This document shows, one piece after another, positions 20,269-29,548 of a DNA stretch of 64,000 bases. Within the stretch, counting starts at the first letter, position 1. Each line of letters begins with the position of its first letter. A program made the translations under genes and the position numbers. Source of the DNA: Pseudomonadota bacterium (GTDB taxonomy: Bacteria > Bdellovibrionota_C > UBA2361); NCBI GenBank assembly GCA_046047875.1, contig JBJOHD010000098.1, positions 219-64,218 of the forward strand, in the 5' to 3' direction. The notes beneath the pieces were generated by a model. The model did no database searches and was not told the origin of the DNA. It worked only from the letters and a program-made list of their open reading frames with translations.

Positions 20269-20361
20269 ATGGTATTCGTAGTTGCGGCGATCCTGGCGTT
20301 TGGGGTGGGGCTCGTATGTTTCCTCATCGTCCATCTCCTCTGGCGTGAGAGTGAGCACTAG
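20269..20361 (+). CDS. Small hydrophobic peptide (30 aa) MVFVVAAILAFGVGLVCFLIVHLLWRESEH
   Basis: GGAGG Shine-Dalgarno 7 nt upstream (cggaggtttctATG); a single TM helix then a charged tail. A paralogous cassette lies at 25238-25351. It falls below the ORF-track size cut-off. Confidence 0.35.
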   Translation: MVFVVAAILAFGVGLVCFLIVHLLWRESEH

Positions 20362-20430
20362 CCCCCCTCAACGGAAGATCTGCCCCCTCTCGATGTCCCT
20401 AAAAAGGCATACAAGCGGTTGCACCTCTTC

Positions 20431-20479
20431 CCTCAATTCATTACTGCCCCTCAATTCATTACTGCCCCTCAATTCATCG
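20431..20479. repeat. Tandem direct repeat, 18 bp unit cctcaattcattactgcc x2 plus a diverged third copy
   Basis: Two exact units at 20431-20448 and 20449-20466, then the partial unit cctcaattcatcgc. It is intergenic, upstream of the MBOAT gene. Confidence 0.7.
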
Positions 20480-20654
20480 CAGGGGCTCGCCGGAACGGGA
20501 TCGACTACCGTTCCGAGCTAAGTCAAGTCTCATTCGCCTCACTGACGCCAACGCGCTGGACAGCGGCCTGCCACGATGCTGTGCGGCACTAGGTGAGTCT
20601 TCTCCGGCTGTGGCTCCCCTCGCCTTTCCTCTGGTATAGTCCCCCTCGCGCGGT

Positions 20655-22082
20655 ATGGTATTTAGCTCGTTCATCTTTCTCTTCTACTTCCTCCCGATAG
20701 TTTTCGGAGCGTACCTCCTCTGCCCTCGACCGCTTAAAAACCTGCTGCTCATCGGGGCGAGCCTCTTTTTTTACTCGTGGGGAGAGCCTCGCTTTATCGG
20801 CACCCTCCTTCTTCTCTGTGCGATCGAGTTCGTCTTAGCGCTCCTTATCGAGCGCAGTTCCCCCCGCGGAGCACGGGCGCCCCTCACCCTCTCCCTTATC
20901 ATCAACGTCGGAGCTCTGGGGTACTTCAAGTACGCTAACTTCTTTATGGGTGAGGTGAGCCGGGTAAGCGGCTGGCTTGGCCATGCACCGATCGAGTGGC
21001 AGAAGGTCATTCTCCCCATCGGGATCTCTTTCTTCACTTTCCATAAGATCAGTTACGTTGTCGACGTCTATCGGCGGATCCGCCCCGCATCGCGAAACCC
21101 GATCGACTTTCTCCTTTATATCCTTTTCTTTCCGCAGCTCATCGCTGGGCCGATCGTGCGCTATCACGAGATCGAAGATCAGCTCCGCTCCCGCCCCTTC
21201 AGCCTCGACGATATCTATCAGGGGCTCTCGCTTTTCTGCATCGGCCTCGCCAAGAAGGTGCTTGTTGCCGACGTGGTCGGCCATACCGCCGATCAGATAT
21301 TCGCCCTCAAGGCGAACGCACTCTCCCCTGAGCTTGCGTGGCTAGGGGTAATCGCCTACACCGCGCAGATCTACTACGACTTCTCCGGGTACTCCGACAT
21401 GGCGATCGGACTTGCACGGATGTTTGGGTTCCGATTTCCGCAGAACTTCGACCGCCCGTACCTCGCGACAAGCTTCACCGATTTCTGGCGGCGGTGGCAC
21501 ATGTCGTTTGGGCGGTGGATGCGAGAGTATCTGTACTATCCGCTCGGTGGTGCGCGGGTCGGTGTCGCTCGGCAGTATTTCAACCTCTGGGTAGTCTTCC
21601 TCTTCTCTGGACTGTGGCACGGCGCTCAGTGGACCTTCGTCCTTTGGGGGGTGTGGCACGGGATCTTCATGACCCTTGAGAAACTCTTCCTCGGGGACTA
21701 TCTCAAGAAGATCCCCCACGCGTTCCAAGTTCTCACGACCCTCTTTTTTGTCATGCTCTCCCGGGTGCTCTTCCGCGCCGAAGATCTCCATCATGCAGGG
21801 TATTACTTCAACCGTCTGGTCGACGGGAGCGGGGTAACCAAAGCTCCCCCGCTCGGCTCGGTGACCTCGGGGTACGAGATCTTTATGGTGGCGGTGGCAT
21901 ATCTTCTCTGCCTCTATCCGATCATCCCGGGGGTCTCAAAAGCGCTTGAGAGGATTCGTAACCTCTCCTCCCCGTTTGTTCGTGAGAGTGTATGGGCGAC
22001 TCAAGCTATCGTCCTCCTGGCTCTCTCAGCGGCGGCGATGGCGGGCACCGATTTTTCTCCGTTTATCTACTTTCAGTTTTGA
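20655..22082 (+). CDS. MBOAT family membrane-bound O-acyltransferase (AlgI/DltB/PatA-like)
   Basis: 475 aa polytopic protein; a conserved His within the ...WRRWHMSFGRWMREYLYYPLGG block is typical of AlgI/DltB. Confidence 0.8.
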   Translation: MVFSSFIFLFYFLPIVFGAYLLCPRPLKNLLLIGASLFFYSWGEPRFIGTLLLLCAIEFVLALLIERSSPRGARAPLTLSLIINVGALGYFKYANFFMGEVSRVSGWLGHAPIEWQKVILPIGISFFTFHKISYVVDVYRRIRPASRNPIDFLLYILFFPQLIAGPIVRYHEIEDQLRSRPFSLDDIYQGLSLFCIGLAKKVLVADVVGHTADQIFALKANALSPELAWLGVIAYTAQIYYDFSGYSDMAIGLARMFGFRFPQNFDRPYLATSFTDFWRRWHMSFGRWMREYLYYPLGGARVGVARQYFNLWVVFLFSGLWHGAQWTFVLWGVWHGIFMTLEKLFLGDYLKKIPHAFQVLTTLFFVMLSRVLFRAEDLHHAGYYFNRLVDGSGVTKAPPLGSVTSGYEIFMVAVAYLLCLYPIIPGVSKALERIRNLSSPFVRESVWATQAIVLLALSAAAMAGTDFSPFIYFQF

Positions 22083-22085
22083 TCG

Positions 22086-23261
22086 ATGGAGAAGCGCACG
22101 TTTACATACCGGTCACTCAAGGTAGCTTTCCTCTCCATCGTGGGGGCTTTCCTCTTTTTCCCCCTCGGAAACGATCTGCTCAACCTCGTGCCTGAAGATC
22201 CCCCCCACGGAATGGCGGGAGCGGCCCCTCCTCGTCCCTTCTCAATCGAGGGATTCTACAAACGGACGTGGCAGCGGAGCCTCGAACCCCGCGCGAAAAG
22301 GGACTCAGGACTTTGGACACCCCTGACTTTAATCGCTAACGACCTCTACTCCCGCCTCTTCGGCCAGATCGCCGCATTTCCGAACGGCAACGTCATGCAG
22401 GGAAACGCCCGGCACCTCATCCAAGGCGCCCATCTTCCCGCGATGAATCGGCGGAAGCCCAAAAAACTAAAAGAGCTCCCAGCTCGGATCGAACGGCTTA
22501 AGGAGCTTCAAGATCGGCTCAAAGCACGTGGGAAAAATCTCATCGTGCTTGTCAGCCCGAACGTTACCGAGATCTACCCTGAGGTAGTGCCGGAGATCTA
22601 TCTAGATCCAACTCGACATACCCGCCCACATCCTTTTGAGCGATTGAAGGTGCTCCTCGACAAGCACGGCATCACCTACATCGATACGGCTGAGACCCTT
22701 CGGCAGGCGAAAGCTGCGGGAGCGCCGAAACTTTTTCCCCCTTCGGGCTCCCACTGGAACGACCTCGGTTCGTGTTTGGCGCTAAAAGCAGCTAACGAGA
22801 AGCTGAAGTCGGTCGGCGGGCCAGCGCTCCGAGGATTTACCTGCGATGATGTGCGCTTTGAATCTCCCCCCCGCGATAAGGACCGGGATCTGGTGAAGAT
22901 CGCGAACGTCCTCACGCCGGAGCGTTTTGAGGAGCCGACGCCCTACGTTAATATCAGCTACACCGAACCTCCCCCCCCAGTTCAACCGACTGCGCTCCTT
23001 GTCGGCACGAGCTATCTCTTTGCGCTCGTCGACCATCTCTATGAGTGGGATCTGGCTAAAGATTCCCGGCTCTACTTTTACTTCAAACAGTGGCGGAAGG
23101 GGGGCGAGCGAAAGTTCTACATCGTGCGCCCCGAGAGGCTCGATTGGAGCGAGCTTCTTAGTCGCGACATCATCGTGGTCAACGTCGGTATCGGAAAACC
23201 CACCGCGATAGGCTACGGCTTTATCGAAGCAGCTCTTCAGTGGCTCCGAAGTAATCCCTAA
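22086..23261 (+). CDS. AlgJ/AlgX-like (DHHW/SGNH-like) O-acetyltransferase partner protein
   Basis: Immediately downstream of and co-oriented with the MBOAT gene; N-terminal TM anchor; FPPSGSHWNDLG motif resembling the AlgJ SHW catalytic region. Confidence 0.55.
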   Translation: MEKRTFTYRSLKVAFLSIVGAFLFFPLGNDLLNLVPEDPPHGMAGAAPPRPFSIEGFYKRTWQRSLEPRAKRDSGLWTPLTLIANDLYSRLFGQIAAFPNGNVMQGNARHLIQGAHLPAMNRRKPKKLKELPARIERLKELQDRLKARGKNLIVLVSPNVTEIYPEVVPEIYLDPTRHTRPHPFERLKVLLDKHGITYIDTAETLRQAKAAGAPKLFPPSGSHWNDLGSCLALKAANEKLKSVGGPALRGFTCDDVRFESPPRDKDRDLVKIANVLTPERFEEPTPYVNISYTEPPPPVQPTALLVGTSYLFALVDHLYEWDLAKDSRLYFYFKQWRKGGERKFYIVRPERLDWSELLSRDIIVVNVGIGKPTAIGYGFIEAALQWLRSNP

Positions 23262-23395
23262 TCTTTTGGGGGCGGCGCCGCCCGATCTCTAAAAAATAAA
23301 TCTGCATACTTTCAGCCTTCTAGAGCGGGTTAATGCTCCCGGTGGAGCACCGTTTCCGTAGGTGACTCATAACATCGGCGGGGTGGTCTAACGGG

Positions 23396-24235
23396 GTGGT
23401 CTCGCGCGCCCCAGGGGGTTACATGAGGTTATCTTGGCTCCGTTCAACGCTAGCATCACTTATCATCGCTCTGAGCTCGACCGCTCACGCCGAGTTCTCA
23501 TTCCCAGGAACAAGCCCCACAGGAGACCCGCCGAGCCTCGATCCTCGGTGCGAGGTCCTATCAGTGGAGGGTCCGTCTTTTGAATATTGGGTCAGCTACT
23601 CCGGCCCCTACGTTGGACCAGGCATCCCGTTCGATTTCTTTGCCTGTCCTTTTGGTCGAACTATCCTCCATCCGATCTTTTGTCTCGATGTAACGATGAT
23701 ATGCCCCAAGGCCGAGGCCCCGCACACCGAGCGACTCTGCTTTCACGCCGGCGGCAGCCCCGACGGAAGCCTCCAGATCTTTCCGAGTGATTATAGAAAG
23801 CCGAAGAGTGATCGAGGGACATTCTCTGTGCCTGGAGCTCCGAGTGGGATAAGCGTCGAGGGTTTCCTCCACTTCTGGGAATGGTACACCGCGAGAAGCC
23901 AGGACTCATTCGGGGGACGAAACTACTGCGCGTGGGGATCTGGAGACAACGACTCCCTGAACTGCGGGAGCTATTTTCTCCTCCTCGTAGCTAAGCTCTT
24001 CGGAAAAACCCCAGCAGAGATCCGCGCAATGATTCCACAACTCGGGCCATGTACCCATTTTTCGTGGGATCTATACGAGCCGCAATTCATCGAGGATCTC
24101 ACGCCGTTGCTCCTCATGCCGAATCCGAGTGGTCCTCCTGGGCCCGTCGTCACCCCCGCCGAATGCCTGGCTATCACCGAGCTCTCAACGGCGCAGATCT
24201 TTTCGACCCTCGATAGCGGACTTAAACTGAGATAA
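23396..24235 (+). CDS. Secreted hypothetical protein
   Basis: Signal peptide (LASLIIALSSTAHA), several Cys residues, no recognisable domain; follows the MBOAT/AlgJ-like pair. Confidence 0.45.
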   Translation: MVSRAPGGYMRLSWLRSTLASLIIALSSTAHAEFSFPGTSPTGDPPSLDPRCEVLSVEGPSFEYWVSYSGPYVGPGIPFDFFACPFGRTILHPIFCLDVTMICPKAEAPHTERLCFHAGGSPDGSLQIFPSDYRKPKSDRGTFSVPGAPSGISVEGFLHFWEWYTARSQDSFGGRNYCAWGSGDNDSLNCGSYFLLLVAKLFGKTPAEIRAMIPQLGPCTHFSWDLYEPQFIEDLTPLLLMPNPSGPPGPVVTPAECLAITELSTAQIFSTLDSGLKLR

Positions 24236-24246
24236 CTCGACCGATC

Positions 24247-24960
24247 TCAGGAAGCTTTACGCCGTTTTGCGTCGAAGCGCATCTGGAGAAGCTCGATCAT
24301 GAGCGCAAACCCCATCGGGAGGTAGATATATCCCTTCGGGATCTTCGCCCCAAGCCCCTCAGCGAAGAGCGTAACGCCTATCGACACGAGGAACGCGAGC
24401 GCCAGAATCTTCAGCGAGGGTCGGGCTTGCACGAAATCGGAGATGCTCTTCGAGAAGAGGAGTACCGCAACAAACGAAACCAATACCGAGGCGTAAATCA
24501 CGAGGAGATGCTCGGTGAGGCCCACCGCAGTGATCACCGAGTCGATCGAGAACACCATATCGAGGAGGACGATCTGCACGAGCACCGCTCCAACAGTTGT
24601 GGCGGCAACTCCAGCTTCGCTATGCTCCTCAATGCCGTACTTCTCAACGACATAGTGCATCTCTTTAACCGCTTTATAGAGTAGGAAAAGTCCGCCGAGG
24701 ATCAGCACCAGCTCTTTACCGGTGAGCCCCCACACCAACGGATTTTGAAGCTTCTGAATCCACGCCGCTCCGAAGAGAAAGAGAAGTCGAAACCCGAGCG
24801 CCGCAAAGAGACCGAGCTTTCGGGCATATTCCCGCTTTTCGACCGGGAGCCGTCCCACGAGGATCGAAATTAAAAGGATATTGTCGATGCCGAGAACGAG
24901 TTCAAGGCCGATAAGGAGGAAGAATGTCGCCCAAATATTCGGATCGGAGAGTAGTTCCAC
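24247..24960 (-). CDS. TerC family integral membrane protein
   Basis: 237 aa; repeated GIDNILLISILV-type TerC motifs (LGIDNILLISILVGRLP). Confidence 0.75.
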   Translation of the reverse strand: MELLSDPNIWATFFLLIGLELVLGIDNILLISILVGRLPVEKREYARKLGLFAALGFRLLFLFGAAWIQKLQNPLVWGLTGKELVLILGGLFLLYKAVKEMHYVVEKYGIEEHSEAGVAATTVGAVLVQIVLLDMVFSIDSVITAVGLTEHLLVIYASVLVSFVAVLLFSKSISDFVQARPSLKILALAFLVSIGVTLFAEGLGAKIPKGYIYLPMGFALMIELLQMRFDAKRRKAS

Positions 24961-25143
24961 AGATGCTCGCGTGAAGGAAAAAACAGCTCGCCGAGAATAA
25001 ATCAGCTCGCTCCTCCGGGCTATACCCTCAGTCTCAACACGAGGTAGTGGGCCACTTCACACGGGTTCGAATGAAGGTCTTTGCGGTGCCGCTATCACGG
25101 TTATTGAGGGAAAATTTTAGCGGAATTATGAGGTGCCGCCAAA

Positions 25144-25172
25144 TTGGCTTGGGCCACCCGACTCGCTATCAT
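25144..25172 (+). promoter_or_regulatory. Sigma70-like promoter (TTGGCT-17-TATCAT) upstream of small peptide ORF B
   Basis: -35 at 25144-25149 and -10 at 25167-25172; same architecture (cgcTATNAT) as the promoter at 20179-20208. Confidence 0.3.
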
Positions 25173-25237
25173 CGAGGCACGCAGAGGTGTTGTTCGGACG
25201 AGAAAGGTTTCCTTAATCGTATTCTACGGAGGTTTCG

Positions 25238-25351
25238 ATGGCTTTGCTGACACCGTTCATTTTTTTGAGCTTCATTGCGCTCTTTATTCTCTGTGTTTAC
25301 CTCCTCTGGGTGGTAGACCGGTTCCCGGAGCACAAGGACTCAGACGACTAG
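25238..25351 (+). CDS. Small hydrophobic peptide (37 aa) MALLTPFIFLSFIALFILCVYLLWVVDRFPEHKDSDD
   Basis: GGAGG SD (cggaggtttcgATG), nearly identical to the leader of the peptide at 20269; one TM helix plus an acidic tail; shared LLW motif. Confidence 0.35.
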   Translation: MALLTPFIFLSFIALFILCVYLLWVVDRFPEHKDSDD

Positions 25352-25971
25352 CGCGGAGAGCCCCGAGGCGATAGCAACACAAGCTTCGGGGCTCCGCGTA
25401 GCGACACAGGTGATTCAGCTTAGATTCCTTTTTAACAAGGTATGACAACCGATCCACCTCTGCCGCTCTTCACTTTGCCGGTGTATTTTCGCGGTTAGCC
25501 CCTCTCCCAGCACCCGGCAGCCAATCCGTCCCCCCTCCCCTTCGAGCTATTTTCAGTCACGTAAGCCGAGTCGGATGTATTTAGACGGCCGTAGCCGGGT
25601 GTGAGGGGATCACTTCACGATCAAACACCGACTCGAGCGATGTTGGGGCGCACCTACCAGGGGCAGCGGACCACCCAGGGTTAGGGATCAGAGGAGATCA
25701 CACCAAGGTCTAAGACGATAACCTCACCTTGAGCCGAAGGGCGTATCGGTGATGGTCGAGCGATTAGATTCCCCGCGTAACGAGACCTTGGAGGCCCCCC
25801 CGACTATCCCACCCCCGCTCTATCACCCGTCCCTCTACTCAATCGTGCGATCTGCGGCCCCGGATTTCGACACCACTACGTGTAGGACTCGGAGGGTATC
25901 GGCATTTGACCCGCCATCATTCGAGGCATACCTTACCGAAGAAGGGTTAATTCTTAATCGAAAGGTACCGC

Positions 25972-26208
25972 ATGGCTCCTCGAAGTAAAACGAAAGACCG
26001 CGACGTTACCCGAACGGTCACCCGCAAAACTTTTATTCGACAGCTTCGTCGCCTCGCTAACCGTCTTGAACGCGGGGAACGCTTCGCCGTGACGATAGGG
26101 AAGGAGCGCATCGCTCTGCCACGTGAGGTCGAATTTAGCATCGAACACGAGCGTGAGGCGGGAGCTACGGAAGAGCTCGAATTTCAGGTGCGGTGGCGGG
26201 GAAGATAG
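25972..26208 (+). CDS. Small protein resembling the amphi-Trp domain family
   Basis: 78 aa: basic N-terminus, then ERGERFAVTIGKERIALP...EFSIEHERE...EELEFQVRW, matching the characteristic amphi-Trp pattern (ERGE, IE.E, E.E..KW). GAAAGG RBS 7 nt upstream. Confidence 0.45.
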   Translation: MAPRSKTKDRDVTRTVTRKTFIRQLRRLANRLERGERFAVTIGKERIALPREVEFSIEHEREAGATEELEFQVRWRGR

Positions 26209-26251
26209 TCGAAGCAGGCCAGAGACCCTCCCGACTCCGCCACACTCCCAG

Positions 26252-28138
26252 TCAAGGCTCAGATGCAGCGGGCGGAGGGGGCGAGAGAAGCTCGACGACC
26301 CCGCCCGTCACCCGGATTAGATGACTCGCTGCTCCATCGAAGCGTTTACTGTGCGTCGCAAAGATAACGGTGGAGCCCTGCGCACAATATCCCTTGAGAA
26401 GCTCACCCACTGTCTGCACGAAATCGTCGCTCTGATTTGAGGTAACCTCGTCGAGGAAAACGACCTGCGGGCGGGGGATAAGCGCCGCTGCAAGGAGGAG
26501 GCGATGCTGCTCCCCAGTTGAAAATCCTCGCCCCCGTTCGAGTCCGTCTCCCACCCGGGTATCAAGCCCGTGATGCCTCATCAGTTCAGCGATGAGGTCC
26601 CGAATCAGCGGGTGGCTCGCGCGAGCCTCAAGATACTCATCGTTTCCGTCGCTTCCGCGGAGGATATCCCGCACCGAACGCCCCTCAAGAAGCGCGAGCC
26701 GCGCTCCGCAGTATACGATTCGGGAACGCCATTCGGAGAAGCGCACCTCGCTGAGCGGAACTCCACCCACCGTGACCGAGCCCGCTGTGGGTGCCGCGGC
26801 AAAGGCGAGATGCTCCAAAAAAGTCGTCTTCCCTGCGCCGCTTCCGCCGTGAACAACGGCGAAGCTGCCCGCTGGAATGCTGAGATTAGGGACCGAGAGC
26901 TGAAAATCCCCCCGTTGAAAGGTCGCGCGGTCAAGGTCGAGACGGTGGGAGTCGGGGAAATCGCGGTGCCCGGACATCGGTGTCGGCTCAACGAAGCGAT
27001 AGAATCGACGCGCCTCATCCCAGACCCGCCGGAAAGCATGGTAGGTTTCCCCGTGATTTGAAAGCTCCTCCCCGAGCTCTTTTAGTTGAAGAGACATGAA
27101 TGCAAACGTGCCGATCTCGATCGCCCCGACGGAATACTGATTATAGAGCATCGCGAGCCCCCCGAACATCGCCCCGTAGTACCCGACATAGGTGCCAAGA
27201 AGTTGAAGATTCTGCCGCCGTTCGTGTTGATCGCGCTCACCATCGAGCGCCGCTTGAAGATGCGAAAGCGTCCGAGCAAGAGACCCACTGAGCCCCCCTA
27301 AAACCATGCGGCTCGCCCCATCGGTACGATAGATCTCGTTTTCAATCCGGGCACCGATCTGCCCCTCTTTGCGCTGACGCCCCTCAAGGTCGACATCCGC
27401 ACTGACCTGTTTCGCTCGAAGGATAATCCCCGGCGCAACAGCGATGGCGACAAGAGCACCGATCCGCCAATCGACCGCAAGAAGTGCTCCGGCGCTGAGG
27501 GCGATCTTCGTTCCGTACGCCGGCAGCGCTGCCGAATGCTCGATGACGTGTGCCACGCTCGCCGCCCGGTCCGATTGAAGCTCGAGATCGGAGCGCCGCT
27601 CCTCGTCGTTAAGATCACGAAGGGTCGAGCGCCCGAGCGTATCGAGGAGCCGCTCTTTCAACCGTCGTAAGTACGACCGACCAAGTGTGTCGGTCGCGGT
27701 CTTGCCGGTACTATCGAGGTGATCAGCGAAGAGATAACACCCGCAAAAGACCGCCATGAAACCGAAAGCGATCGGTTGACGCTCAAGAGTGGCCTCAAGC
27801 GCCAAAACGGTCAGTGAGTAGAGTCCGGCCCACCGGAGCGCCTCGGAGGAGCAGCTGCGAAGCCCCTCAGCGAGGAGTCTTCCACGAGTAATACCCGCCG
27901 CGGCGAGGTCCTCGACGATCGTCGTCACAAGCGAACGGCGCGGCAGAGCGTCGAGCGACGGAAGGGTACCATCGATCGAAGGCGGCACATCAGCAGCGAG
28001 CCGCTTTGGCCCCTGAATCGCGGCTAAAGGGGAGTTAATCGGTGAGGGAACGCTCCCGTCTCTCGATCGTTCTCTGTCGTCGTTCGGCGAGGGTGCAAGC
28101 ATCGCTGCTATTGTGCCGACGAGCGGGGCAAAACTCAA
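26252..28138 (-). CDS. ABC transporter, fused permease/ATP-binding protein (exporter type)
   Basis: N-terminal 6-TM domain; Walker A GGSGAGKTTFLEHL; signature-like FSTGEQ; Walker B VVFLDEVTS. Confidence 0.75.
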   Translation of the reverse strand: MSFAPLVGTIAAMLAPSPNDDRERSRDGSVPSPINSPLAAIQGPKRLAADVPPSIDGTLPSLDALPRRSLVTTIVEDLAAAGITRGRLLAEGLRSCSSEALRWAGLYSLTVLALEATLERQPIAFGFMAVFCGCYLFADHLDSTGKTATDTLGRSYLRRLKERLLDTLGRSTLRDLNDEERRSDLELQSDRAASVAHVIEHSAALPAYGTKIALSAGALLAVDWRIGALVAIAVAPGIILRAKQVSADVDLEGRQRKEGQIGARIENEIYRTDGASRMVLGGLSGSLARTLSHLQAALDGERDQHERRQNLQLLGTYVGYYGAMFGGLAMLYNQYSVGAIEIGTFAFMSLQLKELGEELSNHGETYHAFRRVWDEARRFYRFVEPTPMSGHRDFPDSHRLDLDRATFQRGDFQLSVPNLSIPAGSFAVVHGGSGAGKTTFLEHLAFAAAPTAGSVTVGGVPLSEVRFSEWRSRIVYCGARLALLEGRSVRDILRGSDGNDEYLEARASHPLIRDLIAELMRHHGLDTRVGDGLERGRGFSTGEQHRLLLAAALIPRPQVVFLDEVTSNQSDDFVQTVGELLKGYCAQGSTVIFATHSKRFDGAASHLIRVTGGVVELLSPPPPAASEP

Positions 28139-28175
28139 TTACCACACCGACCGAACAGATTGCCTCAAAACCGAG

Positions 28176-29024
28176 CTATTTCATCAAAAGGAGGCTCAGT
28201 GCCATCACGAACATACCGGCACAGAGACCGAGGAGGCTATCGTGCCCCTTCCCGTAGGCGCGGCTCGTGGGCAAAAGTTCGTCAAGACTCACATACACCA
28301 TAATCCCCGCAACTCCCCCAAAAAGATATCCCATGATGTGCGATGGAATCCCCCCGTTATCACCACCAAGGAAAAATAGTATCCCCAGATATCCGAGCAG
28401 CGCCCCGAGCGGCTCAAAAAGCCCGCTCAGAAAGGAGTAGATAAACGCCTTACGGCGATTTCCGGTCGCGAAAAATATCGGCACCGAGACGCTCATTCCC
28501 TCTGGGATATTGTGAATGGCGATCGCGATGGCGATCGCTGCACCAACTTTTGGATCCTCAAGAGCGGAGAGAAACGTGGCCAGCCCCTCCGGAAAATTGT
28601 GGATGCCGATCGCGAGCGCTGTAAAAAGACCGACTCGAAAAAGTTTGTGATGATCGCCGTACGCAGGAGGAGCTTCTCCGTCTTTGTGGAGCGCCGCTGA
28701 GGCTGACTCGGACGGCATCTCGTGGGGGTTTTCAGCGGATGGAATAAGATTATCGATAAGAGCGATGAGCAGGAGTCCTCCGAAAAATGAGGCGACACCG
28801 ATCCAGGCTGACCAATAATCCCCATACTCCGCCCGAAGCGCGGCGGTCCCCTTCGGCATAATCTCCATAAACGAGACGTAAAGCATCACCCCGGCGGAGA
28901 AGCCTGTAGAGATCGAGAGAAATCGGTAACTCGAGCGCTTCGCGGCGAATGCGATAGCACTCCCGATCCCGGTCGCGAGTCCCGCAAAAAGGGTGAGGCC
29001 GAAGGCGAGAACGACGTTGCTCAT
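28176..29024 (-). CDS. ZIP family metal (zinc) transporter, ZupT-like
   Basis: HNFPEGLA and HNIPEGM motifs in TM helices; a His-rich central loop ([28 protein letters not shown]). Confidence 0.8.
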   Translation of the reverse strand: MSNVVLAFGLTLFAGLATGIGSAIAFAAKRSSYRFLSISTGFSAGVMLYVSFMEIMPKGTAALRAEYGDYWSAWIGVASFFGGLLLIALIDNLIPSAENPHEMPSESASAALHKDGEAPPAYGDHHKLFRVGLFTALAIGIHNFPEGLATFLSALEDPKVGAAIAIAIAIHNIPEGMSVSVPIFFATGNRRKAFIYSFLSGLFEPLGALLGYLGILFFLGGDNGGIPSHIMGYLFGGVAGIMVYVSLDELLPTSRAYGKGHDSLLGLCAGMFVMALSLLLMK

Positions 29025-29220
29025 AACGGCTGTATTTTAAGGGGTACACTCCCCTGCCTGTCTACCCCTGATACCGCCAGGTTATTGCGGCACCGCCTCT
29101 GACAAAACGACGACTCTCCACCTTCTCCCGAGGCCCTCTCTGTCGTTTAAAGTCCGCCGGGTGCGCAAGGCGCTTACGGGTGCCGATCCTCCGCACAAGA
29201 TTTACGGTCATCGAAAGCCC

Positions 29221-29281
29221 CTAGTCCCTCGACAAATAAGTTTTTTCACTCCGGCGGAGTGAAAAACTAACTCACCACTAG
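29221..29281 (+). repeat. MITE-like structured repeat, copy 1 (internally truncated)
   Basis: ctagtccctcgacaaataagttttttcactccggcggagtgaaaaactaact then joins directly to ccactag; it shares the 5' half and the last 7 nt with copies 2 and 3. Confidence 0.7.
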
Positions 29282-29548
29282 CAGCTCTCCGTGGGTTCTC
29301 CCACTTCTTCGGATGTGGCGATATCAGACCCAACGCTCCGCTCGGTTGATGCTTCGCCCCCCTGCTCACACCCTCGATCGATTCGCCTGCTTTCAAGCAC
29401 TTAAAAGACCGTGCGTCTGCACCTCGAATCGCTTGCTCTGCGGCGGCGCCCGCAAACACCCCACTCAACGCCGACCGAAAAGTTGGGGGTCTCAGGTGGA
29501 GGAATATGCTAGCCTAGCGGGGGCAATTATTTTGGCTGTAGATCAATC

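Noticed and set aside
20431-20486. CRISPR-like direct repeats
   Set aside because: The units are contiguous tandem copies with no spacers, and only 2.5 units are present. No cas genes are in the window.
23268-23283. GGGGGCGGCGCCGCCC palindrome after the AlgJ-like gene as a rho-independent terminator
   Set aside because: On the + strand the T-run precedes rather than follows the stem, so it is not a canonical intrinsic terminator. It may still be a structural element.
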